The notes under the pieces: model-generated
The model's input: only the letters and a program-made list of their open reading frames with translations
Database searches by the model: none
What the model was told of the DNA's origin: nothing
NCBI GenBank assembly: GCA_001655205.1
Contig: LPNZ01007402.1
Coordinates: forward strand, 1 to 64,000
Direction: 5' to 3'
Source of the DNA: Lenisia limosa
Taxonomy: Eukaryota > Protista > Breviatea
Length of the DNA: 64,000 nucleotides
Part shown: positions 33,876 through 47,399 of the stretch, one piece after another
Numbering within the stretch: position 1 is the stretch's first letter
Layout: every line of letters starts with the position of its first letter
Position numbers and translations under genes: made by a program

Positions 33876-36120
33876 ATGGGTGAAGAACATGTTGAAGATC
33901 TTCCTTCATCTCCAATCAGGGAAGAAATCCCCGAGAAAGAAGTAAAACCTTCTCTGAAGAGGAGACTTGGAGACGAAGGCTGTCTTGAGCCCGAAGAGTC
34001 AAGTAAATCAACCGGTTTGGCTTGTTTTGGGGTATTCTATGTTTCATTGCAATGTTCCTCTAATCCCTTTATCTCGTGGTCACCACTCCTTGGACTTTCT
34101 AATGCCTGCAGAGGTTAGTTGGTGTTTGCAAATGAGATTAGAGTGGCAAGTACCGTCTTTTTTGTGAATTGCTTTCTCTCTCCTGCATCATCATCACACA
34201 ATAGTTCCAACGCAGAGGTGGACCTCCTCCAGGATCAGTAGCTGATCTTGCCATTCGTCTCAGGGTTACAAAGGCCAAACGCGCAAGATTGGAACGCTAT
34301 TTGGATATGTAGGGGGGATTGTTTTCTGGAAGGATTATTTTTTCGATTTGTCAAGCTATATTTCCCTTTTTCTTTGCATTTCTAATTGTGCCAGTGTGGA
34401 AAATGGCCCTGCCCCAAAGCCTGAAACGCCTAAGAAGCCCCTCATTAACTTACAGACTGAAGATCGTGTGGTTAGTGGGGAGTAGTGCTTTGTGTTCCTA
34501 CTTATTTTCAAGGAATGGCTAGGAATTTCAATGATATTTTACGGTGTAGATCAAGGAGCTCGGAACAAAAGAGAAGACTCGCGGACGCAGACTTTTCGGT
34601 GTCCTTCAGAACCATCTGTCTGGCTTCACCTCAAAGGCTATGGAGAAGAGAGCTGAGGTTTGTTTGCAAAATGTCCTCTGTACTGTTCATTCTAGTTAGT
34701 GGTGGTTGTTTTAATTGTTGCCAGGCTGCTAAGCAAAAGAGAGAAGAAACTGAGGCCCGTTTGAATAAGAAGTTCGAAGAGGAGAAGAACCTTTCGATTG
34801 AGGAGAAGGTAGGGGGTTCTTTTGACAAAATGGGAGATATTAGTACTTGGTAGTTGAGTAAGTCATTGATATGGGAATTTTGCGCTTTACTTTAATTCCA
34901 AAAAAATGAAGTTATTTCTCAAAAAAACCCTCTCGATTCTTACAGTATAGAAACGTGTGGTTCTCGAGCTTATTGAAGAGGAGAAGAAGCTGCAGGAGGA
35001 ATATGAGGAGCGCTCTGCCATTCGCAACACTGGAATCCTGGTGGGCTGAATTAACACTTTTCGTAAACTGAAACCTCTATTTGAGGGTTATAAAAGAACT
35101 TTTCATTGTGTTAAGTGTTGAAGATTACAAATTACTGACCATTTTCAGAAGAACAAATGGACAAAACACCACCTTCTTGTTGCGCATTCCATTGAAACTA
35201 AAACCGGGCCTGCAATCAGATGGATTCCCAAGAAGCACAATGACGTTAGTTTTGATGATTGAATTCGCTTATTTCATGACACTTTTAGGAATCTTTGCTC
35301 TTTGTGTTTTACTCTTATAGGAGACTCTTGATCTTCTTGAGGAGTCAAGAGAAGCTCAGTTGACCGTGAGATACGTGCCTGCTGAAGGGTGGGTTGTTAA
35401 TGTAGCCAATTTTGGTTAACAAATGTTACCTTCCCTTCTTTCCATAAAAAAAATAAATAACACTTACCTTCATATTGTCATTTTATTAAACCTCATATTG
35501 AGGCTCTGTTCAAAAATACCGAGTTTCTCAAAATGACCTTGAAAGCGATTCCTCCATTTTTTAAAGATCTACTTATAGTGCCTTTTACCAATGGACAGTT
35601 CTCTCTACATCCATCCCCCTTCTCACACACTCTTTCGTATTATTTTATTATCGCTCTAACTGTCCCCCCCCCCCCTATGCATAATAATATTATCATAGTC
35701 TAATATCTCTTATAGTCGTGATGGAGAGATGACAGCTTCAGCCAGACACCACCTTGTTTTATTTCTATCTCTACATAGTATATAATATGTTGTTTATGAC
35801 CCCCCCTCCTTGAGGGTCTTTACCTTCTGACCCCGAAGGGAGACTATCCCGGAGGAGTTCCGCACCATGTACGAAGTTCTTGAGGACCATGACGCCCCAA
35901 CCGTTGTGTCAAGCCATGAGGCTCCGGAAGCGCCCGTGGTGAGAGGGGATACGGTTGCCTCATCGATTCTTCTTTCATGCAAGTCAAGATGATAGCTTTG
36001 GAAGATTGAACTGTTTTATTTGGGGTTTTTTCAACACAGAGACTGGTTTATTGTTCACAAGTCCAGGAAGACGAACAGGACAACGTTGACCAGGATGGTG
36101 TGGAGAGTGCCGAGGATTAA
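33876..36120 (+). CDS. PNN: Pinin/SDK/MemA-domain protein
   Basis: KEKTRGRRLFGVLQNHLSGF...KREETEARLNKKFEEEK...KNKWTKHHLLVAHSIETKTGPAIRWIPKKHND|ETLDLLEES matches the pinin pattern R.RR+FG.L...L..F and W..H...L...I.T.+.P.I.+.P.KH...T..LLE.S. Confidence 0.8.
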
Positions 36121-36385
36121 GTGTGTTTCTTGTACAATAGAGCTGATGTTCCCCAATCCATTTTTGATTTAGCCCATCATAGAGCTCATGGGAATCTTCA
36201 ACAGCCCCCTGGCTTATAACCCTAGGTCTGAAGCGATCCAGATAACGAAATACTAGAACGGCAATTTCAGTTATTATTACTCTTTCAAGACATCAGAAAC
36301 GAATTGAATCAATAAAACTACTCAACCATGTCATTGAATTGAATGGAAACGCAACAGAAACGTAAGAAAACGTATCGAACATAGA

Positions 36386-38494
36386 TCAGCGACGAATGAT
36401 CTTGTTTCCTTCACGAATGAACGCCTTGCCCTTCTTGCTCTGACCCTCACGATCATGCCGACGCTTCACCTTCTTCTTCTTCGACAAGCCAACGTGGCGC
36501 AACTGTTTTTATGAGCAAAAAAATAATAAATAAAAGCAATCAGGAATTTGCATCTCACCGCATTCTCATATTTGTCAAATCGTCGCTTGTCCTTCTTCTT
36601 CTCATTTAGATACATATTTAGAGGAATGGCAGCACGCTTTCGGGGCTAGAAAGTTAGGATAATACGGACACATTGCAATAAAAAGACCCCACAAACAAGG
36701 AATCCCATTTCAATTTCTTTCTTCTCCATGAAGCGATGATACGCCTGATTTCTCTTCCTGTTCAACATTCCAGCTTCCTCCACGTCCTTTGCCAACTGTG
36801 TCATTTTGGCCTCTTCCTCTGAAGGCTTCTCTCGTCGGAACATGTTAACTGGTTCTACACAATCAATCATAGAATAGACTCAACTTAGCCTAAGAAAATA
36901 AAGATATCTAATAACTATGCACAAATCTGAAAGCGCACGAGGGTTTAAAAACAGCGACAAACAAAGCCCAGAACAGTTGATATCAGACTTAATAAATTCG
37001 GAGTTTTCAGCACCACATCCATCATTTTCAAATTACAGGTTAATAGTATGGAAGATGAAGAGGAATACTTTCAATTTGTTGAGACAAACCTTTCTTTCCT
37101 TCTTGCTGCTTTGAAACGTCATCAGACTGCCAAGAGTTATGTCATCTCTTGCGAAAAACTCAAGCTGCATTTTATCATATGTACTATATAAGGTCTTCAC
37201 TTCATACTCTATCAAGAGCTTCACTTCATATGTACTATATTGCATCAAGGGCTTCACTTCATATGTACTATATTGCATCAAGGGCATGTGATCTTCGGTT
37301 CAAAAAAAGACTGAATTTCTCGATAAATTCTCAAAAACTATCGATATTTAACCAGACTTTTTCGAACCGAAGTGAAGCCCTAATTGCATCATCATATTTG
37401 TATGCATGTTCATAATATGAATGTTATAACGCTTGATCACTATTTCCCCATATCCCTTACAAAGTACATAGAAAACGGGAAATGATATCATACCAAAAAC
37501 GATTTGAGATCCTTGAAAGATGGTTTGTTTTCAACTTCTTCCTCGTTGGAGTCCCCAGTTTTCACTGTTGGGTCTGTATCCTTCACACGCTCAACCTGAG
37601 AGATTGAGAGTTGGAAACTGAGTATATTGGTACCCTTGAAACAAGCCATTAATAAACGCAAAAGATACCTGAATTGGTGCGGATAACTGCTTTGACGGTT
37701 TTGACTCTATCTCTAATTTGGCATCACCAGAGAAGACTGCATCAAGATCAATAGATCCAACCTGCCCTTTCTTTCTCACCCGGGTATTTTCTTCTACTGC
37801 ATCTAAAATGGTGTGAAATTTTTTAAAAGAGAATGTGCATTTGATAAACAACTGTTGGTAATCCGACTGCTCTACTTAGTACATCTGTTAGATATATATA
37901 TATATGTACATATAGTATATCATCATATAATGTAATATTTGATTATTTTTCTTTTGGTACACTCTGACTATCATTACCAGACAAACCAACTCACCAGTCG
38001 CAGTAGTTTGCTCAAGCTTCTTCCTCTCCTTCCTTCTCTCCTTCTTGGCTTTCTTACGTTTCTGTAACAGTTCCTTCTGTTCCTTCTTAGTATGTACTTT
38101 GAGTTCTCCTTCATTAGAAAATTGGAGCTCCACCTCTTCCTTTTGTGTGAGTTTTATCCCATCACTTGTCATATTATACATTAATATGAAAAGCAAAAGC
38201 AAGATGTCAAACAGAACTTCCCTCCAACTCGTTTCTCTTCCTCTAAGGAATCTTCAAATTGTTGTCCTGGGTAGTGAAAAATGACTACAGAGGTTTTGAA
38301 GTCTTTTTCCAAACAAACCAAGAAGGTTGAGTTGATCAAGGGCAGAGAGTGACTCCTTCTGAACTGGCTGTTTCGGCGCAACAATCTAAGTTATTGTCAA
38401 AATTGAACTCTAAGAACGCTAGACAAACCTTAGAAGTGCCTTCTTTAGACTTCTTCCTTACCTTCAAGACCTTTTTTACAACCTTTTTAACCAT
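36386..38494 (-). CDS. Lys-rich, probably nucleolar protein, weakly Faf1/C1orf131-like
   Basis: Spliced exons MVKKVVKK..., KELLQKRKKAKKERRKERKK, YHRFMEKKEIEMGFL|PRKRAAIPLNMYLNEKKKDKRRFDKYENA|LRHVGLSKKKKVKRR...KIIRR*. The family call rests on a loose resemblance only. Confidence 0.45.
37281..37382. mobile_element. MITE-like family A copy with a disrupted left TIR, preceded by 33-nt tandem repeats of the TIR
   Basis: ...cttcggttcaaaaaaagactgaatttctcgataaattctcaaaaactatcgatat...aaccgaagtgaagcccta. Confidence 0.8.
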
Positions 38495-38886
38495 TATTCA
38501 ATAGAGTGCAAATAAAAAAGTATTTACTGAGTATTTATACACTTGCAAAGAGGCTCAAAAAAACCAAAACCACGCAATCAAGATTTATGGCCGCGTAGCA
38601 TTCACCAAAAACTAACAAGCGTACAAGCCTCGACTTTTAACTCACACACAACTTAATTCGAACTTAATAACAAATGGTAAAGAGAGTCGAGTAACTCTGC
38701 TTCTCTTTGGCTTCCCTTCTGAAACATGGGGTTGAATTGTTCCCCTCCAACGACTAAAAGCGACAATGACAGAAATGAAGAGTCTTTTGTTGATTGGTGG
38801 GTTGGTGGGTGGTACAAGCTGGTGGGGAATATACATACTCTTTTGTTATATGTTTTTGTTTTTGCCAATTGTTATTGCCACCCAGC

Positions 38887-41800
38887 ATGTCAGAAGAAGA
38901 TTTCTTCCGTGACATGTTTGCCAAACCAGCATCGTCAACTCCTCTTGGCAAAATGATGCTTAGTATTTCCAAGGTTGGCTTTTCATAGGGGTTGGTTTAA
39001 TTTGAAAGAAAAAAATTGATAATGAGTCATTTTTGGGATTATTCTTCTAGGAGGGATGGGACCAAAGTCCCCAATTCAAAAGGACAAAGGCCGCAATTCT
39101 TGACCTGGTTGGCAGTGCTAATTTGTTATATATTTATAATCTTACACAATAGGCATACTCTGATGGAAAGTCAGGTCTTGCTCAGTTTCTGCAATTTTGC
39201 AGTAAAGTTACAAAGACAACGTATGTTCACTGTCATTGTCATCAAATCTAGCCCCGAAGCAAGATATTTTAGCGTTCTTCATGACGAGTTAGCACAACTT
39301 GTGGTTTGAACTGTGAAATTGACTTTTATTTGTACATTGGGAATCAAATTGTCACTTTGCAGCTCATGGCTCTTATGCAACGCCACAACCCCAAATGGAA
39401 GGCTGTGGACCTGAACAAAAGAGCTCCTTTGATTGCCTTGCAGATTCTGAGTTCGGTAACAGGCGCTCCAGGTTGGTGCTTATTTTGTCATATTGAAGGG
39501 AGTTTAACCATTTAGAGTTTTTTCAGTCAATTCAAAGACGAGGAGGAGTTGAAATACTCACCGAGGTTTGATTCTTGTGTAACTTCTCACAATTCTTGGC
39601 AGGTATGTCTCTGTGAAAACCAGGTGGAAAGCCTCTACGCCTTCCCAGTGCTTGATCATCTAGTGGCTGAATTCTCAGTAATGTATGATTCCTGTTTGGT
39701 TGAAAAGAGCCTACTTCCTTTTTTATCTAGTTAGGACGTTAGCGTTTGGAGAAGATCTCATTGATCAGGCAGTTCAGGTGGCTTTTTCTCCTGAGGAGTT
39801 CTTGTACCCTTTTACTCAAGATCATGTAGGATTTGTTTTGCCACTTATTCTGCTTTTTGAATTTTATTATGTCGTCACCTTCTTTAGGATAATGTTCCTG
39901 ATGAGGTGACAAGTTTCATTGATTACCAATCTTATGGCGCGTTTGTGGGGAACTGTAAACTAATTAAAGGTGGTCGGTCATCTAATGAACACCTCCCAAA
40001 TATTGTTTGGCTCTCAGGATTATTTGTAATTCTTTGGCTGATACCCTCTAACCAAAGACAAAAAAAAATGATATTTTGAAATTCGTGTCTTCTTCAAAAA
40101 ATGGGAGAAAAACAGAGTAAAATAGTTTTTCTTTTGTTGGATTTATTGGACTTGTAATATAAACATTTCAAGTTTTATAATCATGTCATGCTGGGAAGGC
40201 ACGCAAGAAAGCTGTGTGCGCAGAGTTCTAGGGCACATAATTGGGTGAATTAATATTATATACGATAATCCAATATCTCTTATCAGCGTGATGGTGTGGA
40301 CGGCTCCGGCCAGATATCACCTTGTTTTTCTTCTCTATGATATTATATTGTATATGATATTGTATCAGAAAGTGTGACTCAAATATCATATCATACAAGT
40401 AATATTACGTCTATTCTTTACTGTTTAAATTTTTCAATGAACTTTTGTTAAAATGAGATACAAATTTAAGTTCCACTTGGAAAAGGCACTCATTATTATC
40501 CAGGGCAGCTGGAGTAGTTTACACTTGGAAAGAAATCACAGCTAAAGCTGGAAAATCAGCACAGAGTGTTCTTGTGAGATTGCTTTGTTCGGTGGGTATC
40601 TCTGATTATTTTTTAAAAATTTATTGTTGCTAGAAAACATTTTCTTCAAAAGCTTGCTTGACAATATTGGAATTTTTGTCTACCCATATGGAGGCTCTTC
40701 ACTTGGAGGTGAGCACCTATTTCATAAAAACGATCACATATGAGTAGTTTCTAATACATTTAGTTCCCTTGTACACCAGAGATCGTACCAGCATTATTGG
40801 CAGCTTTCTCCCATCTTGAAGACGGTATCTCTGACAGATTAGAGCGGCACTGTGTGCTACCAATGCTTGTGGAAGCTGCGGTTTTCGGTCGACTTGAGGA
40901 GCTATCAAGTCATTTACCAGTATGTTCATCTACACTCATTATTTTCGACTATTGTTGAGTGGGCTTACGTTTAGAGTAAGTACATTGCAATTAGTAGTAT
41001 TGAAGCGTCTTTGTGTCGCCTTGCTTACTCATGTGGGTAGTGTATGCTTATTACCAAGTCACATTCAGTATATTAACAATTCTAGCTCTCTACCCTGAAG
41101 TGTATCTTCGAGCGTTATTACCGTTTTGTCCCCATTCAGCTGCAGCCTCATTGGTAGTCACTAATGCACTTGAGAATAACGAAAAAGGTTGGAAAATGTT
41201 GGGTTTCATAATAATATTATTGTATGCAAAGAGATTGTGGTTGGTTTGCTTTTATAAGATATTTTTTAATAGTTTCAGTTGGTTCAATAAAGGAAATCAT
41301 GCGATACTTGCTTCATACAGAAGAAAACACAGACAATTTGAAAGCAGCAGAATTACGAACTTGTGCAAACGTAGGATTTCATACAGATGCTTTTCTTTTT
41401 TCTTAACAATCCGTATTTATAATGTGAATTCACTCAAAAGAAAAGCTTCACAGCAAAAGACCTCGAAAAGGCCATTTCCCTTTATCACGAAGCAATTCTC
41501 TTTGCTTCAAAAGACAATCAGGGTGTCATTTGGGCTAACCTTTCTCAAGCATACTTGGACATGTCTAACTTTCCCAAAGTGAGGCAGTTGTCAAACTGAT
41601 GGGTTTTTCAGCTAACTCAACATTAAATATGATCTGGTACCTCTTACAACACCAGGCTGCTGAATCTTCCATAGTTTCTTTGGGGTTCAATCTGAATGAA
41701 AAACTAAAGACAAAGGCCACCATAAGACTGAAAGTAGGTAATTATTAGAATATTCTCGCAGGAGGGATTTTTGGCCTTCCAAGACTATTATTTGACACTT

Positions 41801-42200
41801 TTTGAACTAAATTGTTTGTGTTTCATCTTTGTACATGTATTTTATATTTCTATTTTTTAGCACTGATCAATTTAATAGAAAGCGCTACTCTTTGGTAACC
41901 GACCATTGTTATTAAAATTTGCTTGTAAGCGAGGTAATATAATATGGTGCATGATATCAAGTTGCTTTTCTTATTGAAGTTATATTATATGATTGATGAA
42001 TTCTTCCTTTCATGCAATTATGCTTCTTTAGTCCCCAAGGATGAATCATTTGATGAGTACTTCCACAATCTTCGCGATTCTCGCTGTCTCGCAACTTATC
42101 GAAAGTGAGATCATTGATGTTTATCTACTTCCGTCATCTGTCTGCCATATACTCCCCCTGTCTTCTTTGGGTAAAATAGTGTACCGTTTTCTACCAACAA
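38887..42200 (+). CDS. Alpha-helical (ARM-like) protein with a C-terminal TPR motif; end approximate
   Basis: MSEEDFFRDMFAKP...; many GT-AG exons with helical character; TPR-like FTAKDLEKAISLYHEAILFASKDNQGVIWANLSQAYLDMSNFPK|AAESS. Confidence 0.55.
40242..40320. repeat. Dispersed intronic repeat family C copy 2
   Basis: Matches 11122-11190 apart from a ~10-nt indel. Confidence 0.75.
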
Positions 42201-42309
42201 ACTAAAACCTGGGTTACCTTGTAACTTGAGGCACTTTGTAAGGTTGTTCGTTATTCAGTTTTCCACAGTAAAGTAGTTATCTCTGCAGGTTTGGAGCTCC
42301 CATCATATC

Positions 42310-43646
42310 TCAGGACAAGTTGAAATCTTCAGTTGACCTCATGGATGAATCTGACATCTTCCCAGGAACAGTAATGTCAGCGGGTTTCACGAGTGGCTTA
42401 GTTCTTTTTTCCTTGAACACCCTCTTTGTTTTACTCCTTAGAGATTCATTCAGCTCAACTGCATCAATGTTGAGTCTCTTGTATCAGGATGAATTTTTGG
42501 AAGATGGAGCTCATCAAAAGGATGCTCTTCAAAATGACATCTGCATGGCAGTGCCACTGTTTGGGGTGGCGGGGGTGGCGACTATCTTCTCCATACCTTT
42601 TCATTCTAAAGGGCTGTGCCCCAGATAATCAACCTTCTGGCATCCCTCAGAGCCCCATTACAGAGGACTCTGGAATTTGGCAGTAATTTTCTTCTGCTGA
42701 AATGCCCGCCGCCAGAAGATTACATGATGTCTTCATTATTGTTTCCAAAAACTGCCATTGATGATGAAGTGGCTGAGATGTGAGGGATGAATTACCAAAG
42801 ACAACTCTTGTACTCTATTGGCTGAATATATGACATACGTTACATATTTATCAAATTGATATTAGTGCGATTAAATTATGTTTTTTTTTAGAAAAATGAC
42901 TTTTTTTTTTTGTGTAAATGTTCCAAAAACTAGTATTTTGGAAACTTTCAAATTTTTCTTGTCCCCAAATGGCTATGAGGTTCCCTCTTTGCCAAGCCCA
43001 CTCGACGCACCGTCAATGCGCAATACAAAGTCATTTACGCACGCTTTTCTGCCGCTTTTTCGAGTTCATAGAGATGAGCAGCACTTAACGCAAAGATAAC
43101 TGAAGCGACAAGAAGAAGCTCAGTGAATTCTAATTCCTCATCATCGTGGTTGCCAGCTTCTTCAAGAACAGTAGAAAACTTAAAGAGACAAAGCCTAATT
43201 ATGAAATAATAAGATAATTTGCACAGCAGTGACAGTGTCTCTCCACCATCGTCTCCATAATAGTTAAACAAATCGAATGCCATGTCTTCCATTGTGTTGG
43301 GGTAATTATCCTCTTTTTTTTGCAGAGAGGTCCGAAGGAAGGTACGGGACGAAAGTTTTGGTGTGCGCGAGNNNNNNNNNNNNNNNNNNNNNNNNNNNNN
43401 NNNNNNNNNNNNNNNNNNNNNNNNNNNNNNNNNNNNNNNNNNNNNNNNNNNNNNNNNNNNNNNNNNNNNNNNNNNNNNNNNNNNNNNNNNNNNNNNNNNN
43501 NNNNNNNNNNNNNNNNNNNNNNNNNNNNNNNNNNNNNNNNNNNNNNNNNNNNNNNNNNNNNNNNNNNNNNNNNACCGTACCTCCCTACCTAAGCCCTTGG
43601 GTATTACGCATTCGTGCTCCAGCAAGTGCGTATTGCAGTTCTCCAA
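42310..43646 (-). CDS. Hypothetical protein (gap inside, start uncertain)
   Basis: Open exons ...NTMEDMAFDLFNYYGDDGGETLSLLCKLS, VLEEAGNHDDEELEFTELLLVAS, PLHHQWQFLETIMKTSCNLL, RLNIDAVELNESLRSK...DFNLS*. Confidence 0.45.
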
Positions 43647-43892
43647 GTGTCCCTACTTTGGTTCTGCGGATTAATACAGTCCTATATGAATCTATAGGTG
43701 TTCCAATCAAACCATAAGAACGGGTGTGTGGGGGAGTAAAAACGAAGGAAATTTCGATGAAATATTGGCGTGAAGGTAATAATCTCAAACAATCATGAGC
43801 AACCAAAAGCTAAAACTAAACAAAAACCAGATGACAAAAAGAAGTTAAGAAATACATTAAAATTAGAAAAAGAAGTTAATTTACAAAAAGAT

Positions 43893-45669
43893 CTATCTGC
43901 CATAAGGGTTGTACTGTCCCTGTCCACCACCACGGTAGCTGTCATATCCACCACTCATGGGGGGCTGCTGCTGTCCGTAGCTCTGGTATCCGCCTTGGGG
44001 AGCATAAGAGCCTGAATGATCAAAGGGGCAGAGGCTGCTTATGTGGGAGGCCACTTTTCTTGAAAGGAGAGAAGCCTAAATTCGAGGCCTACCATAAGCC
44101 TGAGGCTGCTGATATCCACCACCATAAGAGTCATAGGGCTGGGGAGCGTAGCTGTCATATCCACCACCCATGTTGTAGTCTCCTTCAAAGTCATAGTGCA
44201 GCCAAACACAAGAAATCATAACAGTCTACAAGAGAGGCGCATGAAGAAATCTAGTGCGTACTTTCGCGTTGAGGGGGAGCACCATAGCCTCCACCGTAGC
44301 CTCTGTCTATTCCTCTGTCCATGCCGCCGTAGGCACCACGGGGAGGACCACCCATTCCGCGGTCCATTCCACGGAAGTCTCCGGGACGGGCTCGGGCTGC
44401 AGAGTTAGATGAGGTGATACTATCACATATCGGAGACAATGGTTGGTTTCTGGTGCTTAAAACACACCCCTGCATTGAAGTTGAAGTTCAAAGTTCAATA
44501 ATGGACAATCAAAGCAATAGATGTTAATTCTGCCAAAAAAGCTTACGAGCCTGTTGTGAGCGAGGGATGGCAGCACGGATTTCAATTTCGCGATCCAAGC
44601 AGTTGAAGGGGCCCTTAGCCTGAATTGTAAGATGGAGAAAGGTAGAAGATCCTTCCCGCTTTAAACGATCAGCCGAATAAGACCCACAGAGCACTCATCA
44701 AAGGGGGTTTCATCGCGAAGAAGGCAGAAGCCAAATCCACGGCATTTCTCGGTGGCATGGTCCTTCATGGTGTAACAGCTTTCAGGGTCGAGAGCGGCCA
44801 TAGCCTTGGTGAGATCCTCTGAAAATTATGAGAATTGACGAGAACAAGGTTACTCAACCCGCATGTTTGTAAAAACACGGTTAACCTGCTGCACTAATAT
44901 TATATTAGATCAGAACACGGAGAGGTGGGAGGAGGCTTGGGAAGTGGTTCCCGCATACCATCAGTGGTTTCAGGGGAAAGACCTCCAACGAAGAGCTTCT
45001 TGGTGACCTGGGGTCCTGACATAGAACTCTTGGGGACAATTCCTTGTTCTCTACGCTCGGTCTGGGTAACAGAAGCCTTGATTTCAAGCTAAAGCAGTCA
45101 GACAAAGTGTTTCCTGAAAAAACACAATGAAAGATTGCGCTTGTTGTTTAGTTAACTGCTCTAAGCTGTCTGAATTGCCTACAGTTCTACCATCAAGCTC
45201 GTGAGAAGCATTGCATGCTTTTTCAACCTCATCCATATTGCTAAGAATAACAAAAGCGAATCCACGAGAGCGACCTAATCCAATTAGCGTGGGAAACTAC
45301 GTTTTCAATGTTCTGGCTTTCTCTTTCACTAATCTTACCAGTGAGTCTGTCTTTCATGATAATAAGATTCTCAACCTTTCCAAAGCTGGACATATATCCT
45401 CTCAAGGTATCTAAAACTGTCAGACTTTCTTTGAGGAACTGTTTTCCCTAGTTAGTTCTAAAATCTTTTGAAATACCCTTATTAGTGAAGGATACTACTT
45501 CTTCCTCAATTTGCATACCCTCAGTTGTATTCCAGCTGAGTCCACCAACAAACACCTTGTTAGGGTTACTAAATTATTAAATCTGCTCGCCTTCTACACA
45601 TGCAGAAAAAAATTGTGGAAAAACTAACCTGACATTCTGGTCTGTAATTGAATCACCACGATCAGCCAT
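43893..45669 (-). CDS. hnRNP A/D-, Musashi- or Hrp1-like protein with two RRMs and a Gly/Arg/Tyr-rich tail
   Basis: RNP2 KVFVGGLSW and KLFVGGLSP; RNP1 RSRGFAFV and KCRGFGFC; tail GMDRGMGGPPRGAYGG...GGYDSYRGGGQGQYNPYGR*. Confidence 0.9.
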
Positions 45670-45817
45670 ACTTACAACAACGAAAAGGAATTTTTTAAAT
45701 AAGCAAATTTGGTTAAAAGAAAGAAATATCGAATTTTCTCGACAAATTTATCGAGGGTTTTTAAGTGAAAATTTTCAATTTTTTTTTTTTTTTTTCACTT
45801 ATCTTTAATTAGTAATA

Positions 45818-46250
45818 ATGGCTCCTGTGTTCGGTGGTGGGTTGAAGTGCCATATTTGCACCAAAACTGTGTACGACAACGAACTTGTCAAGTGTCTTGG
45901 AAACAACTGTTGGTGGTTATTTTTAACCTCAAATTATGTTTGTGATGAGCTCTAGTGAGAGAATAGGAGGAAATGCTACATGGTTGTTTTTTTTCTTGAG
46001 AGAGTTGACCAACTACAGACCACAAGACTTGCTTCAAGTGCCAAAGCTGCAAGAAGAGTCTCCAGCTTGGATCTGTAAGATTCTGTAGCTTCCCCCTTGA
46101 TACCTGACATTCCTAGGAGACCGACCACAAGGGTGAACTCTTCTGCAAGGGTTGCTATGGCAAGCAGATTAGGTTTGCGATATATATTTTCCCAAATCCT
46201 TCTCACATTTTAGTGCTACCAAGGGAACCTACGGCTTTGCCAGAGCTTAA
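45818..46250 (+). CDS. Single-LIM-domain CRIP/CSRP-like protein
   Basis: MAPVFGGGLKCHICTKTVYDNELVKCLGNNYHKTCFKCQSCKKSLQLGSETDHKGELFCKGCYGKQISATKGTYGFARA*; complete LIM Cys/His spacing. Confidence 0.92.
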
Positions 46251-46359
46251 CTTTGATTTTGGGTATTTATGGGGGGTTTGTTTGGAATGTTTTGATTGAC
46301 ATATGAAAAATGGAATCAGAGTGTATCAGTTCAGACATATTTAACTACAGTGGTTACTT

Positions 46360-47230
46360 TTACTGTCATCCGTCAGATTGCTTGGTCTTGATCAGGATGA
46401 GAGGGTTAAAGGCTAGCGAGAACCTTGGCAGCCCTGAACAGCGCCAAACCAGCCTCTGAAACCGACTTGATTGGCCAGGTTTCAAGACTGTTACTGTCCT
46501 CCGTGTTGGGTGTGGGCGATCCCAGGATCTCCAACATGGCTGTTGCAACAGGTCGTAATGAGGGCAGGTGGTCTGGCGGGGGGTAAGAAGAATAGAGTAC
46601 ACCGGAGAAGCCACACATACTCCATTCATGAGGTAATGTGAGAACAGGGGCTTTATCAGGGTACGCAGTAGGGATATAGATCACTGGAGGAGGCAGCCCA
46701 GGGCAGTCTTCAAGAACTATTTGTGGTTAGTATGAGATAATGCCAAAGTAATACGCAGCCAAACTAACTGAGTTGGTAATTTCCCGAAAATCCTCGAGCA
46801 GGATTGTCAAGAGAGTCATGGCTTTCTCCCGAAAATGGTTTGGCAGGGTTAATCTTGGAATATAAGAAACTACAACCACCAATACCTTACCGAAAGAGGG
46901 TGGTTTTCATGCTGTAACCTGACAGATATTGAATCGAGACAGAAAGCTTCATATGTAACTGCTTGTATCCGGTCAAGGTGATACTGTGCGTTAGTGAAAG
47001 CAGAAACGGCAGCGCTGAAAAAGTGTATGAGTTTTATTGTATCTAACATCAGTACTTTTTTTTTGGTATTAAGCCAAATCCTGCTCGTGAGGTGGATTTA
47101 GACATATTTTTTCTCTTCATCTAAGAGATTTTTACCCCTCTTTATCTCAAACTGTGCGAATTGTTTTAAAACAGCCTCAAGCTTGTATTTAGCTCCAAAA
47201 CATCCAAAAATAGCCAAGTACAAATGAGCT
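46360..47230 (-). CDS. Hypothetical protein, possibly UBC/UEV-like fold; boundaries approximate
   Basis: Exon VIYIPTAYPDKAPVLTLPHEW resembles the I.+P..YP...P.+ strand-turn motif of UBC/UEV/RWD folds. Confidence 0.3.
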
Positions 47231-47399
47231 AAACAATACAGCTAAGTATTAAAATGTTACAGGCTCCTGCAAAATAATCCAAGGTTGCTTTCACATGTCA
47301 ATGTAACCGCTCACTTTAACGGTACTGAGAATAGCTGAAGCTAGTTCTTTGGGTCGCGTGGGGCTGTCTTTGCGTATATCCCTCACCAAAAAGCTAAAC

